From Gemmatimonadota bacterium (GTDB lineage Bacteria; Gemmatimonadota; Gemmatimonadetes; Gemmatimonadales; Gemmatimonadaceae), in assembly GCA_031372565.1 (NCBI GenBank), contig JANMLN010000085.1, positions 1-43,211 of the forward strand: a stretch of 43,211 nt of DNA, in the 5' to 3' direction. The translations under genes and the position numbers were made by a program. The notes below the pieces were generated by a model. That model ran no database searches. It had not been told where the DNA came from and was given only the letters and a program-made list of their open reading frames with translations. Below, in pieces: positions 1 through 8,808 of this stretch. Every line of letters begins with the position of its first letter. Position 1 is the stretch's first letter.

Positions 1-1626
1 GTCTACAACGCGACCGAGCGCCTGTGGGACGCGGTCCTCGGCTTCTACCGGCGCACGCTGTACTGGGTCATGGCGCACCGGCGCAGCACGCTCGTCTTCT
101 CGGCCGTGACCCTCGGCGCGACGGTCTGGCTGTTCGGCTACATCCCCAAGGGGTTCATCCCCACGCAGGATCTGGGCTTCATCTACGCCACGACCGAGGC
201 GCAGGAGGGCACCAGCTTCACGGCCATGCTCGAGAAGCAGAAGCAGGTGGCGGCGATCGTGGGCAAGAGCCCGTACGTGGCCCGCATGATCTCGTCCGTG
301 GGCGATGGCGGGCGCGGCGGCAACACCGCGAATCAGGGACGCTTGATGCTGCAGCTCTCGCCGGCGGCGGGACGCCCCGACGTGGAACGCGTGATCGCAC
401 AGCTCCGGCAGCAGGTCAGCGGTGTGCCGGGCATGACCGTCTTCTTCCGCAATCCGCCGCCGTTCGCGATCGGCGGCCGGCAGTCGAAGGCACAGTACCA
501 GTACACGCTGCTCGCGGTGGACATCCCCACGCTCTACGAGTCGGCCCGCAAGCTGCTGGGCAAGATGCGCGAGATGAAGGAGCTCAAGGACGTCACGAGC
601 GACCTCATGGTCGGCAACCCGCAGGTCAGCGTGCAGATCGACCGGGACCGCGCAGCCTCGCTGGGCGTGAGCGCGCAGCAGATCGAGAGTGCGCTGTACA
701 ACGCCTACGGATCACGGCAGGTCTCCACGATCTTCACCAGCACCAACCAGTACTGGGTCGTGATGGAGCTCCTGCCGGAGTACCAGCTCGACGCCGATGC
801 CCTCTCGATGCTCTACGTGCGCGCCTCCGACGGCAAGCTGATCCCGCTCGGCTCGGTCGCGAGCTTCACCAAGGGGATCGGGCCGCTCACGGTCAACCAC
901 ACGGGGCAGTTGCCGTCGGTCACGCTCTCCTTCAACGTGCAGGCGGGCGTCTCGCTCGGCACCGCCACCGACAAGATCGAGCAGGTGTCACGGCAAGTGG
1001 TGCCGGCAACGGTGGCGTCGATGTTCGCCGGTGACACCCAGGCATTCCAGGACACGCAGCGCGGTCTCGTGCTCTTGTTCATCCTCGCGATCTTCGTGAT
1101 CTACATGGTGCTCGGTATCCTCTACGAGAGCTTCATCCACCCGATCACGATCCTCTCCGGACTGCCGTTCGCGGCCTTCGGCGCGCTGATCACGCTCCTG
1201 ATCTTCCGCGTCGACCTCAACCTCTACGCGTTCGTCGGCATCGTGATGCTGATCGGGCTGGTCAAGAAGAACGCGATCATGATGATCGACTTCGCGCTCG
1301 AGGCGGAGCGCGTGCATGGCGCCACCCCGCGCGACGCCATTCTCGAAGCGTGCCTCGTGCGGTTCCGTCCGATCATGATGACCACCATGGCCGCGCTCAT
1401 GGGCACGCTGCCGATTGCCGTGGGCTACGGGGCCGGTGGCGAGGCGCGCCAGCCGCTGGGTCTCGCCGTGGTCGGTGGCCTCGCCTTCTCGCAACTCATC
1501 ACGCTGTACGTGACCCCGGTCATCTACACGTACTTCGATGACTGGCGCGCCGCCTGGCAGGCTCGCGGCGCTCGGCGCCCGGCGCCCGCAATGGCGGACG
1601 GTCCGATGCCGGTCGCGGGCGACTGA
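1..1626 (+). CDS. RND (AcrB/MdtB-like) efflux permease, 5'-truncated by window edge
   Basis: Frame is open from base 1 (VYNATERLWDAV...). RND motifs GFIPTQD, LYESFIHPITIL, GLVKKNAIMMIDFA, RFRPIMMTT, GGLAFSQLITLYVTPV. Confidence 0.95.
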   Translation, partial: VYNATERLWDAVLGFYRRTLYWVMAHRRSTLVFSAVTLGATVWLFGYIPKGFIPTQDLGFIYATTEAQEGTSFTAMLEKQKQVAAIVGKSPYVARMISSVGDGGRGGNTANQGRLMLQLSPAAGRPDVERVIAQLRQQVSGVPGMTVFFRNPPPFAIGGRQSKAQYQYTLLAVDIPTLYESARKLLGKMREMKELKDVTSDLMVGNPQVSVQIDRDRAASLGVSAQQIESALYNAYGSRQVSTIFTSTNQYWVVMELLPEYQLDADALSMLYVRASDGKLIPLGSVASFTKGIGPLTVNHTGQLPSVTLSFNVQAGVSLGTATDKIEQVSRQVVPATVASMFAGDTQAFQDTQRGLVLLFILAIFVIYMVLGILYESFIHPITILSGLPFAAFGALITLLIFRVDLNLYAFVGIVMLIGLVKKNAIMMIDFALEAERVHGATPRDAILEACLVRFRPIMMTTMAALMGTLPIAVGYGAGGEARQPLGLAVVGGLAFSQLITLYVTPVIYTYFDDWRAAWQARGARRPAPAMADGPMPVAGD

Positions 1627-1630
1627 CGAC

Positions 1631-1670
1631 GCCGAGCGCGTGGGGGGGGCCACCCCCTCGCGCGCTCGGT
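1631..1670. terminator. GC-rich hairpin between convergent genes, probable bidirectional terminator
   Basis: gccgagcgcgtggggggg / gcca loop / ccccctcgcgcgctcggt, just after the RND stop. No U-tract. Confidence 0.55.
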
Positions 1671-1695
1671 CGCGCCGCAGGCCATGAACCGACGG

Positions 1696-2823
1696 TCAGG
1701 CGGTGCGGCTATCCGCACGCTCGGGAGCGGGCCGCACCGCCCACCCCAGCCACCACAGCAACGGTCCGAAGAGTACCCCGGCCACGAGCAGACGCCACAT
1801 CGTGCCGCCCAGCCGTATCGAGACCGGCGGCGGAACGACGAACTGCCAGCCGTCGAGCACGGTCAACACGTGCCGCGCGGTGCGCTCGCCCCGCGCGTCC
1901 GCGGCCCACACGGTGAGTTCATCGAGCGCTCGCGCGCCACCCAGGCGCACCAGTTGTCGAGGCGCACCAGTCGGACGCACCGGCGCGAGAGCATCCGGGA
2001 GCCGAACGAACGGCGCGTGCAAGCCCCACGCCTCTGCGCGCACGCGGCTACTGAAACGCAAGTCGCCGGCCTCGGACTCGAGCCGCACCAGCATGCGCAG
2101 CGGCCGCGTATGTTCGATCACGGCCGCCAGACGCCGGCGTCCGGCTGGCAGTGCTCCCGGGTCGGCGAGGAGTTCGAGGCGCATGCGTCGCGCAGCGAGT
2201 GCCGCATTGAAGAATGCCGCATCGTCCAGCAGAGCCCACATGAACGTGCGATCGTTGAAGGTGGCTCGCACCACGGTGTGCATGCTGTCGCGTGCGGGTC
2301 GCCAGTCCTGCGCGTGCTGGCCCTCGAATGCGGCGCTTGGGCTTCCGGGGGCCTGCAGCCATCTCGTTCCCAGCAACACGCCGGCCACCACCGCCGTGCC
2401 GACCATGACCAGTGCGCGCGCCTCGCGCCGCGTGGGCCGGGTCAGTCGTCGCGCATCGGCGTAGAGCACGACGCCCAGCAGCGCGCCCAGTCCGTTGGTC
2501 ACAACGTCGGTGAGCGAGGCATAGCGCCCGGGAATCCCGAGACCCTGCGATACCTCGATGAGTGCCGAAAGCACCAGCGCTGCGCCCACGGCCCGACGCC
2601 GTGTGAGACCGGCGGCGGCGAGGAATGCACCGAAGGGCATGAAGACGGCGATGTTCGCGATCCCGTCGGCCACCACCGCTTCCGGACCAGCGAGCACCCA
2701 GCGCGCGGCCACGGTCGCGCCGGCCGGGCGCAATGTCAGGGCAAGCAGGAGGGCCGTCCACGCCACGACACCGGCGACGGCGACGGCCCCCCGGGTGGCA
2801 CCGCGCGGCGGGCGCGTCGCCAC
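1696..2823 (-). CDS. VanZ-family membrane protein with C-terminal extension
   Basis: ANIAVFMPFG, SALIEVSQ, PGRYASLTDVVTNGLGALLG form the VanZ signature; several TM segments. Confidence 0.8.
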   Translation of the reverse strand: MATRPPRGATRGAVAVAGVVAWTALLLALTLRPAGATVAARWVLAGPEAVVADGIANIAVFMPFGAFLAAAGLTRRRAVGAALVLSALIEVSQGLGIPGRYASLTDVVTNGLGALLGVVLYADARRLTRPTRREARALVMVGTAVVAGVLLGTRWLQAPGSPSAAFEGQHAQDWRPARDSMHTVVRATFNDRTFMWALLDDAAFFNAALAARRMRLELLADPGALPAGRRRLAAVIEHTRPLRMLVRLESEAGDLRFSSRVRAEAWGLHAPFVRLPDALAPVRPTGAPRQLVRLGGARALDELTVWAADARGERTARHVLTVLDGWQFVVPPPVSIRLGGTMWRLLVAGVLFGPLLWWLGWAVRPAPERADSRTA

Positions 2824-2835
2824 CGGCAGAACCCC

Positions 2836-4206
2836 CTACTTCCGCAGCGGATCCTTGGTCGTCACGGCGGGGAACCGCTCGGTGATCAGCGGCACGTACG
2901 GCCGCTCCCCGTAGCCCGTGTAGATCTGCCGCGGCCGCGCGATCTTCTGCTCCTTGTCGAGCAGCATCTCCTCCCACTGTGCGAGCCAGCCCGCCGTGCG
3001 CGCCACCGCGAACAACACGGTGAAGAAGTCGGTCGGGAAGGACATCGAGCGGTAGATGAGCCCCGTGTAGAAGTCCACGTTGGGGTACAGCTTGCGCTTG
3101 ATGAAGTACTCGTCGGAGAGTGCAATGCGCTCGAGTTCGAGCGCGATCTCGAGGTCCTTGTCCATGCCGACCTGCGCGAACACCTCGTCGGCCAGCTTCT
3201 TCACGATCTTCGCGCGCGGGTCGTAGCTCTTGTACACCCGGTGCCCGAAGCCCATGAGCTTGGTTTCGCCCTTCCCCGACTTCACCTGCTCGATGAACGC
3301 GGGAATGTTCTTGGGGTGCTGGATCTCCTTGATCATGTGCAGCACCGCCTCGTTCGCGCCGCCGTGGAGCGGGCCGAACAGTGCCGCAATCCCGGCGGCC
3401 ACCGCCGAGAACGGATCGACGTGGCTCGAGCCGACCGCGCGCACGGCATTGGTCGAGCAGTTCTGCTCGTGATCGGCGTGCAGGATGAACAGGATCTCGA
3501 GCGCCCGGGTGAAGACCGGGTTGGCCTCGTACTTCGGCTCCGACATCCGCGCCACCATCGAGAGGAAGTTCTCGACGTAGGTCAGGTCGTTGTCCGGGTA
3601 GATGATCGGCAACCCCTTCACGTGCCGGTAGGCGAACGCGGCGAGCGTGGGCAGCTTCGCGATCAGGCGGATCGTCGAGATGTTGCGCTGCTCGGGGTCG
3701 TGAATGTCGTGCGCTTGCGGATAGAAGGCCGAGAGCGCGGCCACCGACGAGCAGAGCATCGACATCGGGTGCGCATCGTAGCGGAACCCCTCGAGAAACC
3801 GCTTGATGTTCTCGTGCACGTACGTGTGGTACGTGATGTGATGCACGAACTCGTTGTACTCGGGCTGGGACGGGAGCTCGCCATGCCGGAGCAGCCAGGC
3901 CACCTCGAGGAACGTGCTCTTTTCCGCGAGTTGCTCGATCGGGTAGCCGCGATAGCGGAGAATCCCGTTGTCGCCGTCGATGTACGTGATGGCACTCCGA
4001 CACGAAGCCGTGTTCAGGAACGCGGGGTCGTACGCCCGCAGCCCCGTGTCGTCCGGCGTGCCCTTCATCTGCAGCAAGTCGTTCGCGCGAATCGTGCCCT
4101 CGGTGATCGGCAGCGTGAACTGCTTGCCGGTGCGATTGTCGCGAATCTCGAGGCTGTTCGCCGATCCCTCGGCCGAAGCCACAGGCGCTCCCGTCTGGCT
4201 CATCAC
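2836..4206 (-). CDS. gltA: Citrate synthase
   Basis: YDPAFLNTASC, LHADHEQNCST, GPLHGGANE, LMGFGHRVYKSYDPRA, YPNVDFY, IARPRQIY. Start is GTG 4206 or ATG 4203. Confidence 0.98.
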   Translation of the reverse strand: MMSQTGAPVASAEGSANSLEIRDNRTGKQFTLPITEGTIRANDLLQMKGTPDDTGLRAYDPAFLNTASCRSAITYIDGDNGILRYRGYPIEQLAEKSTFLEVAWLLRHGELPSQPEYNEFVHHITYHTYVHENIKRFLEGFRYDAHPMSMLCSSVAALSAFYPQAHDIHDPEQRNISTIRLIAKLPTLAAFAYRHVKGLPIIYPDNDLTYVENFLSMVARMSEPKYEANPVFTRALEILFILHADHEQNCSTNAVRAVGSSHVDPFSAVAAGIAALFGPLHGGANEAVLHMIKEIQHPKNIPAFIEQVKSGKGETKLMGFGHRVYKSYDPRAKIVKKLADEVFAQVGMDKDLEIALELERIALSDEYFIKRKLYPNVDFYTGLIYRSMSFPTDFFTVLFAVARTAGWLAQWEEMLLDKEQKIARPRQIYTGYGERPYVPLITERFPAVTTKDPLRK

Positions 4207-4308
4207 GGAGTCTCCACTCGGATGGTTGTCCCTTCTCGGCCAAATCTACAACCCGTCCCACGGGAAGGGACACGGCCTTCACCGGGGCCCCGTCCGTCGG
4301 GCCCGCCA

Positions 4309-4337
4309 TCGACGTTCCCGCCACCGGTGGTTACACT
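4309..4337 (+). promoter_or_regulatory. Candidate sigma70 promoter for the wza-like/GT2 pair
   Basis: TCGACG-17 nt-TACACT about 40 nt upstream of ATG 4376. Confidence 0.4.
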
Positions 4338-4375
4338 TCCGATGAAGATCGTCCGCGGCCTCCTCCCTCTTCGGC

Positions 4376-5185
4376 ATGCATCGATTCGTTCGTCTCAGCG
4401 CCACCGCCGCAGCCGGGCTCATGCTCTGGGCCCCCGTCGGTGCCCTCGGAGCTCAAGTGCAGGGCCAACGGTCAGTTCGGGAGGAGGCGCGCCGCGCCAC
4501 CGCCACGCGCGATGAGCTCGAGGGGATGGCGATCGAGGCCGAGCAGATCGCTGCCGCACCCGGCTCCCCGGAAAAGCTGCGCAAGGAGAAGCTGGCGGAC
4601 GCGGGGAGCCTGCGCGAACGGCTCCGCATCGGGGATTTCCAACCCGGTGACCGGATCGTGCTCCGCATTCAGGGCGACCCGGCCTTTCCGCCCGTGGACA
4701 CGGTGCAGGTGCGGGCGGGCGGTGTCCTCATCGTCGACAAACTGGGCGAGATTCCCATTCGGGGCGTGCTCCGCTCCGAGTTGGCCACGCACATGCGACG
4801 CGAAGTCACCAAGCTGGTGCGCGGGGCGACCGTCCAGGCGACGTCCGTCGTCCGCCTCGGCACCTTCGGCGAGGTCGGTCGGCCCGGCTTCTATGAATTC
4901 CCGTCCGAAGCCACGCTGTCCGAGGTCCTCAATCGCGCCACGCTCACGGCGCTGGCCGACCAGCACAACGTGACCGTGAGCCGGAGCGGTGGGGACATCT
5001 GGAGCCGACAGGCCGTCGACGTGGCGCTGCAGGAAGGGATCTCCATCGATCAGTTGGGGTTGCGCGGCGGTGACCAGGTCATGATTGGCGTCAAGCGCGA
5101 GGTCAACGCCCAGACGCTCCTCCAGTACTTCATGATCGGGTTTCAGTTGGTCAACACGATCCTGATCATTTCCACCCGGCGCTGA
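4376..5185 (+). CDS. Polysaccharide export protein, Wza-like with SLBB domain
   Basis: Signal peptide; FQPGDRIVL poly_export-like segment; FGEVGRPGFY SLBB motif; LRGGDQVMI; C-terminal hydrophobic helix. Confidence 0.75.
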   Translation: MHRFVRLSATAAAGLMLWAPVGALGAQVQGQRSVREEARRATATRDELEGMAIEAEQIAAAPGSPEKLRKEKLADAGSLRERLRIGDFQPGDRIVLRIQGDPAFPPVDTVQVRAGGVLIVDKLGEIPIRGVLRSELATHMRREVTKLVRGATVQATSVVRLGTFGEVGRPGFYEFPSEATLSEVLNRATLTALADQHNVTVSRSGGDIWSRQAVDVALQEGISIDQLGLRGGDQVMIGVKREVNAQTLLQYFMIGFQLVNTILIISTRR

Positions 5186-5189
5186 TCCC

Positions 5190-6305
5190 ATGTCGTTCGC
5201 GCTCGGCCTGACGGGCGCCGGCGTGTTGCTGGTGACGTGGGGGCTTTATCCGCTTGTGGTGTCGCTTCTGGCGAGACTCGCGCCCGCTGTCGCGCCCACG
5301 CCGCCGAGCGCGTGGCCCTCGGTCACGGCGCTGCTGGCGGCGCGGGAGACGCCGGCCGTGATCGAGGCGCGCGTCCGCAACTGGTTCGCGAGCGATTACG
5401 CCGGGCCACTCGATGTGGTGGTCGCCCTCGACCCGTCGACTCCCGAGCGCTGGGCGCCGCCGCCCGACCTCGCCTCGAGGGTGCGTGTCGTCGTTGGTGA
5501 CGCGCCGGGCGGCAAGTGCGCCAACCTCAACGCCGGCGTCCGCCTCGCGACCGGTGACGTGCTCATCATGGGCGACGCACATCAGCTGTTTGCCACCGAC
5601 GCGATCACCCGCCTGGTGCAGCGGCTGGGCGATGCGCGTGTGGGTGCGGTTGGCGGACAGCTGGAGATTCCCCGCGATCGCGCCGGGCTGGTCTCTCGGC
5701 TCTACTGGCGGTACGAGCGTGCCCTGCGCGCCAATGAGTCGCGAGTGCACTCGACCATCGGCGTCTCCGGCTCCATCTACGCCATCCGCCGCGCATTGTG
5801 GGAGCCGCTGCCGGCCGGGTTGATCCTCGATGATGTGTACGTGCCGATGCGGCTCGTCTTGCTGGGCCATCGCGTGGCGTTCGATCGCGCCGCGGTCGCG
5901 ACCGAAACGCGTCGCGTCGAATCGGATCAGGAGTTTCGTCGCAAGGTGCGCACCCTGACCGGCAACTATCAGCTCTGTGCGTGGCTCCCGGCCATTCTGG
6001 TGCCGGGACGAAATCCGGTCTGGCTCCAGTTCGTTCTGCACAAACTGGCACGCCTGTTGACCCCCTTCGCACTCGTGGCAAGCGCGATCGGGTTCGCGAT
6101 CGCGCTCCCGCAAGTGCTCGTGATGCCGGTGGGCATCGCGATCGGGACCGCCATCGCGGCGGCGGCCTTGTCGCCCGACCCCATCTCGCGCCGACTGCGC
6201 AGTGCGGGTCTCCAGCTCTCGAGCCTCCTGAGTGCGCCCGTGGTCGCGCTGTTCAACGCGCTCCGCGGCCGCTGGGACGTGTGGCAGCCACATGCCCGGA
6301 GATAG
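5190..6305 (+). CDS. Glycosyltransferase family 2 (CESA-like), membrane-bound
   Basis: GKCANLNAG, MGDAH, GVSGSIYAIRR, LDDVYVP, RRKVRTLTGNYQ; N- and C-terminal TM helices. Confidence 0.9.
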   Translation: MSFALGLTGAGVLLVTWGLYPLVVSLLARLAPAVAPTPPSAWPSVTALLAARETPAVIEARVRNWFASDYAGPLDVVVALDPSTPERWAPPPDLASRVRVVVGDAPGGKCANLNAGVRLATGDVLIMGDAHQLFATDAITRLVQRLGDARVGAVGGQLEIPRDRAGLVSRLYWRYERALRANESRVHSTIGVSGSIYAIRRALWEPLPAGLILDDVYVPMRLVLLGHRVAFDRAAVATETRRVESDQEFRRKVRTLTGNYQLCAWLPAILVPGRNPVWLQFVLHKLARLLTPFALVASAIGFAIALPQVLVMPVGIAIGTAIAAAALSPDPISRRLRSAGLQLSSLLSAPVVALFNALRGRWDVWQPHARR

Positions 6306-6338
6306 CGGCGTGCGTGGGCGCCCGAGCAGGGACAGCAG

Positions 6339-6354
6339 GGGCACGCGACTTGCG
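6339..6354 (+). promoter_or_regulatory. Candidate sigma54 (-24/-12) promoter
   Basis: GGGCACG-CGAC-TTGCG versus consensus TGGCACG-N4-TTGCW, with exact GG-N10-GC spacing, intergenic upstream of the heparinase-asnB-algD-GT run. Confidence 0.6.
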
Positions 6355-6434
6355 CCCGCAAGAGCCGTCATGCACGCGCGTCCTTCGACTTCCCGCCTCT
6401 CCCGAGGCCTCCCGCACTCGAGGGGGGGGCGCCG

Positions 6435-8795
6435 TTGACCGTGTTCCACAAGCTGCGCGGCCGCTCCGCTCGCGAGCTGCGCGAACGCGCAGCCCACGCA
6501 GCGCGCGTTGCGTTGGAGCGTGCCGGTCTCTCGGGTGACCGCGGCGTCCCCTCGGACGCCGCCGCGCTCTCGGAGTTGTGCGACGCTGCGGGCCGCCCGT
6601 TCGCCTCGGCCGATGCCGCGCACAGTGCCCTCATCGCGCCCTCGATGCATCGGCTCGTGCCCGGTCTGGCGGATCTCGCCGGGACCGTCGCCGCAGTCGA
6701 CGCGCTGGACCCACGCGCGTGCGTGCGCGGCTTGGCCGCCGCCGAGCGTTTCGCGTCCGGACGCTTCGACCTGCTGGGATACGAGGACCTCGCGTGGGGT
6801 TCGCCGATCGACTGGCACCTCGATCCCGTGTCGGGACGGCACGCGCCCGGCGGCCATTGGAGTCGTATTCAGTTCCTCGATCACGCCGTTGCAGGTGATC
6901 ACAAGGTCATCTGGGAGATCAACCGCCACCAATGGCTGGTGACGCTGGCACAGACGTGGCAGCGCACGCGCGACGAGCGATGGGCGGAACTCGCGCTCGG
7001 CCACATGGACGACTGGATCGCGGCCAATCCGGCCAAGGACGGCATCAACTGGGCCAGCAGCCTGGAAGTCGCGTTTCGCTCGCTCTCGTGGATCTGGACG
7101 CTGCAACTGCTCCATGACAGTCGCGCGCTGACGCCACGCCGACACGTCCGCGCGCTCGCCGTGCTCGCACAAGGTGGCCGGCACATCGAGCGCAACCTGT
7201 CGACCTGGTTCAGTCCCAACACGCATCTGACGGGCGAAGCGCTGGCCCTGTTCGCGATCGGCTGCGGCGTCCCGGCACTCCGTGACGCCACGCGCCTTCG
7301 CGACTGCGGCGAGCGGATTCTCGACGAGTGGATGCCGCGCCATGTGCGGGGCGATGGCACGTACGTGGAGCAGTCCACCTGGTACGCGCGCTACACGGCC
7401 GACTTTCTCGTCCATGCGATCGTGATCGGGGAGCACGCCGGGCGCTCCTGCGCGGCCGCGCGCGCGGCGCTAGACCGGCTCGCGACCGTCCTGCTGGCCG
7501 TCCTTCGCCCCGATGGGAGCTACCCACTCATTGCCGACGACGACGGCGGTCGCCTGCTCTTTCTCGATCATCGCCCGGCCACCGATCTCCGATCGACCCT
7601 CGCGAATGCCGCTGCGCTCCTCGGACGCGACGATCTGGCTTGGGGCGCGGGGCCCGCGCGCGACGAGCCCGCGTGGCTGCTTGGCGCCCGAGGGCGCAAC
7701 GCGCTCGAGACGCGGCGTCCCGCGGTCCCCGCGCGCCATTCCTTCGGCTTTCCCGAGGGCGGGCTGTTCGTCATGCGTGACGGCTGGAGCGACACCGCGT
7801 CCATGGCGGTGATCGATTGCGGCCCGCATGGCTTCCTCAACGGTGGACACTCCCACGCCGACCTGCTGAGCGTCGACCTCGCCCTCCACGGTCGGCCGGT
7901 CGTCCGCGATCCGGGTACGTACTCCTATACGGTGTCCGCCGAGTCCCGTCGCGAGTTCCGCGCGGCGGAATCGCACGGCACGGTCACGGTCGATGGCGTG
8001 GGTGCTGCGACATCGGCCGGGCCCTTCCGATGGGCATCCTGCCCAAGCCGGGTCTCGGCGCGCTGGGGCACGAGCGCCGCCGCCGACGGCCTCCTGGGCT
8101 CGCACGACGGTTTCGCGTCGCTGCCCGGGGCGCCTGCGCACCGCCGAGCCGTCCTGCGCGCCGGCACCGACTACTGGATGATCCTCGACGAGCTCGCCGC
8201 ATCCGGCGCGCACACCTTGAGCGTGCATCTTCCGCTGGCCGCTGGGCTGACGGTCGCGGGGGACGCGATTCGTGACGGAGAGGCCGTGGTGGCTCGCCTT
8301 CAGCACGCCGGCACCGAGGCTGTCTGGCAGCCGCGGGCCGGGTGGCAGTCGCGAGCCTACGGCCAGCGCGCGGCCAGCACGACGCTCACGCTCGAGAGCC
8401 GGGCCTCGGGACGACAGGCGATCGCGACGGTGATCGCGGGGGGCGACGTCGCGCTGCCGATACTGACGCAGTCGGGCGCCGAGGCATTCGAAGTACGGTC
8501 GTGCGACGGCTGGACCGACCTGCTCGTCCTCCCCGATCGCGGCACGGCCATCGTCGGAGAGATCGAGATCAGTGCCGCCCTGGCCTGGATCCGCCGCGAC
8601 ACTGCCACGGGGCAGTGGATCGCGGCATTGTTGCTGGACGCCACGCGCCTCGTGCGTGGCGGGATCACCTGGTTCGCCTCGACACAGCCCGTCGAGCGTC
8701 TGGCCGTCGGGACGGGCGAGAGCCTCGCGAACTCCGGCTGGACCGCCGAGGCCCGCGCGGCTTTGGCTCCTCGAATGATGACGACCCCTTCATGA
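6435..8795 (+). CDS. Heparinase II/III family (alginate-lyase-like) protein
   Basis: WEINRHQW, NWASSLEVAFR, NTHLTGE, EQSTWY, GHSHADLLS, DPGTYSY. Start is TTG 6435 or GTG 6441 after a G-rich RBS. Confidence 0.85.
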   Translation: MTVFHKLRGRSARELRERAAHAARVALERAGLSGDRGVPSDAAALSELCDAAGRPFASADAAHSALIAPSMHRLVPGLADLAGTVAAVDALDPRACVRGLAAAERFASGRFDLLGYEDLAWGSPIDWHLDPVSGRHAPGGHWSRIQFLDHAVAGDHKVIWEINRHQWLVTLAQTWQRTRDERWAELALGHMDDWIAANPAKDGINWASSLEVAFRSLSWIWTLQLLHDSRALTPRRHVRALAVLAQGGRHIERNLSTWFSPNTHLTGEALALFAIGCGVPALRDATRLRDCGERILDEWMPRHVRGDGTYVEQSTWYARYTADFLVHAIVIGEHAGRSCAAARAALDRLATVLLAVLRPDGSYPLIADDDGGRLLFLDHRPATDLRSTLANAAALLGRDDLAWGAGPARDEPAWLLGARGRNALETRRPAVPARHSFGFPEGGLFVMRDGWSDTASMAVIDCGPHGFLNGGHSHADLLSVDLALHGRPVVRDPGTYSYTVSAESRREFRAAESHGTVTVDGVGAATSAGPFRWASCPSRVSARWGTSAAADGLLGSHDGFASLPGAPAHRRAVLRAGTDYWMILDELAASGAHTLSVHLPLAAGLTVAGDAIRDGEAVVARLQHAGTEAVWQPRAGWQSRAYGQRAASTTLTLESRASGRQAIATVIAGGDVALPILTQSGAEAFEVRSCDGWTDLLVLPDRGTAIVGEIEISAALAWIRRDTATGQWIAALLLDATRLVRGGITWFASTQPVERLAVGTGESLANSGWTAEARAALAPRMMTTPS

Positions 8796-8808
8796 CGGTC
8801 ACGACCTG

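Noticed and set aside
1684..4515. 943-aa plus-strand ORF
   Set aside because: Antisense shadow of gltA and the VanZ-like gene; Arg/His/Gly-rich with no motifs, typical of high-GC DNA.
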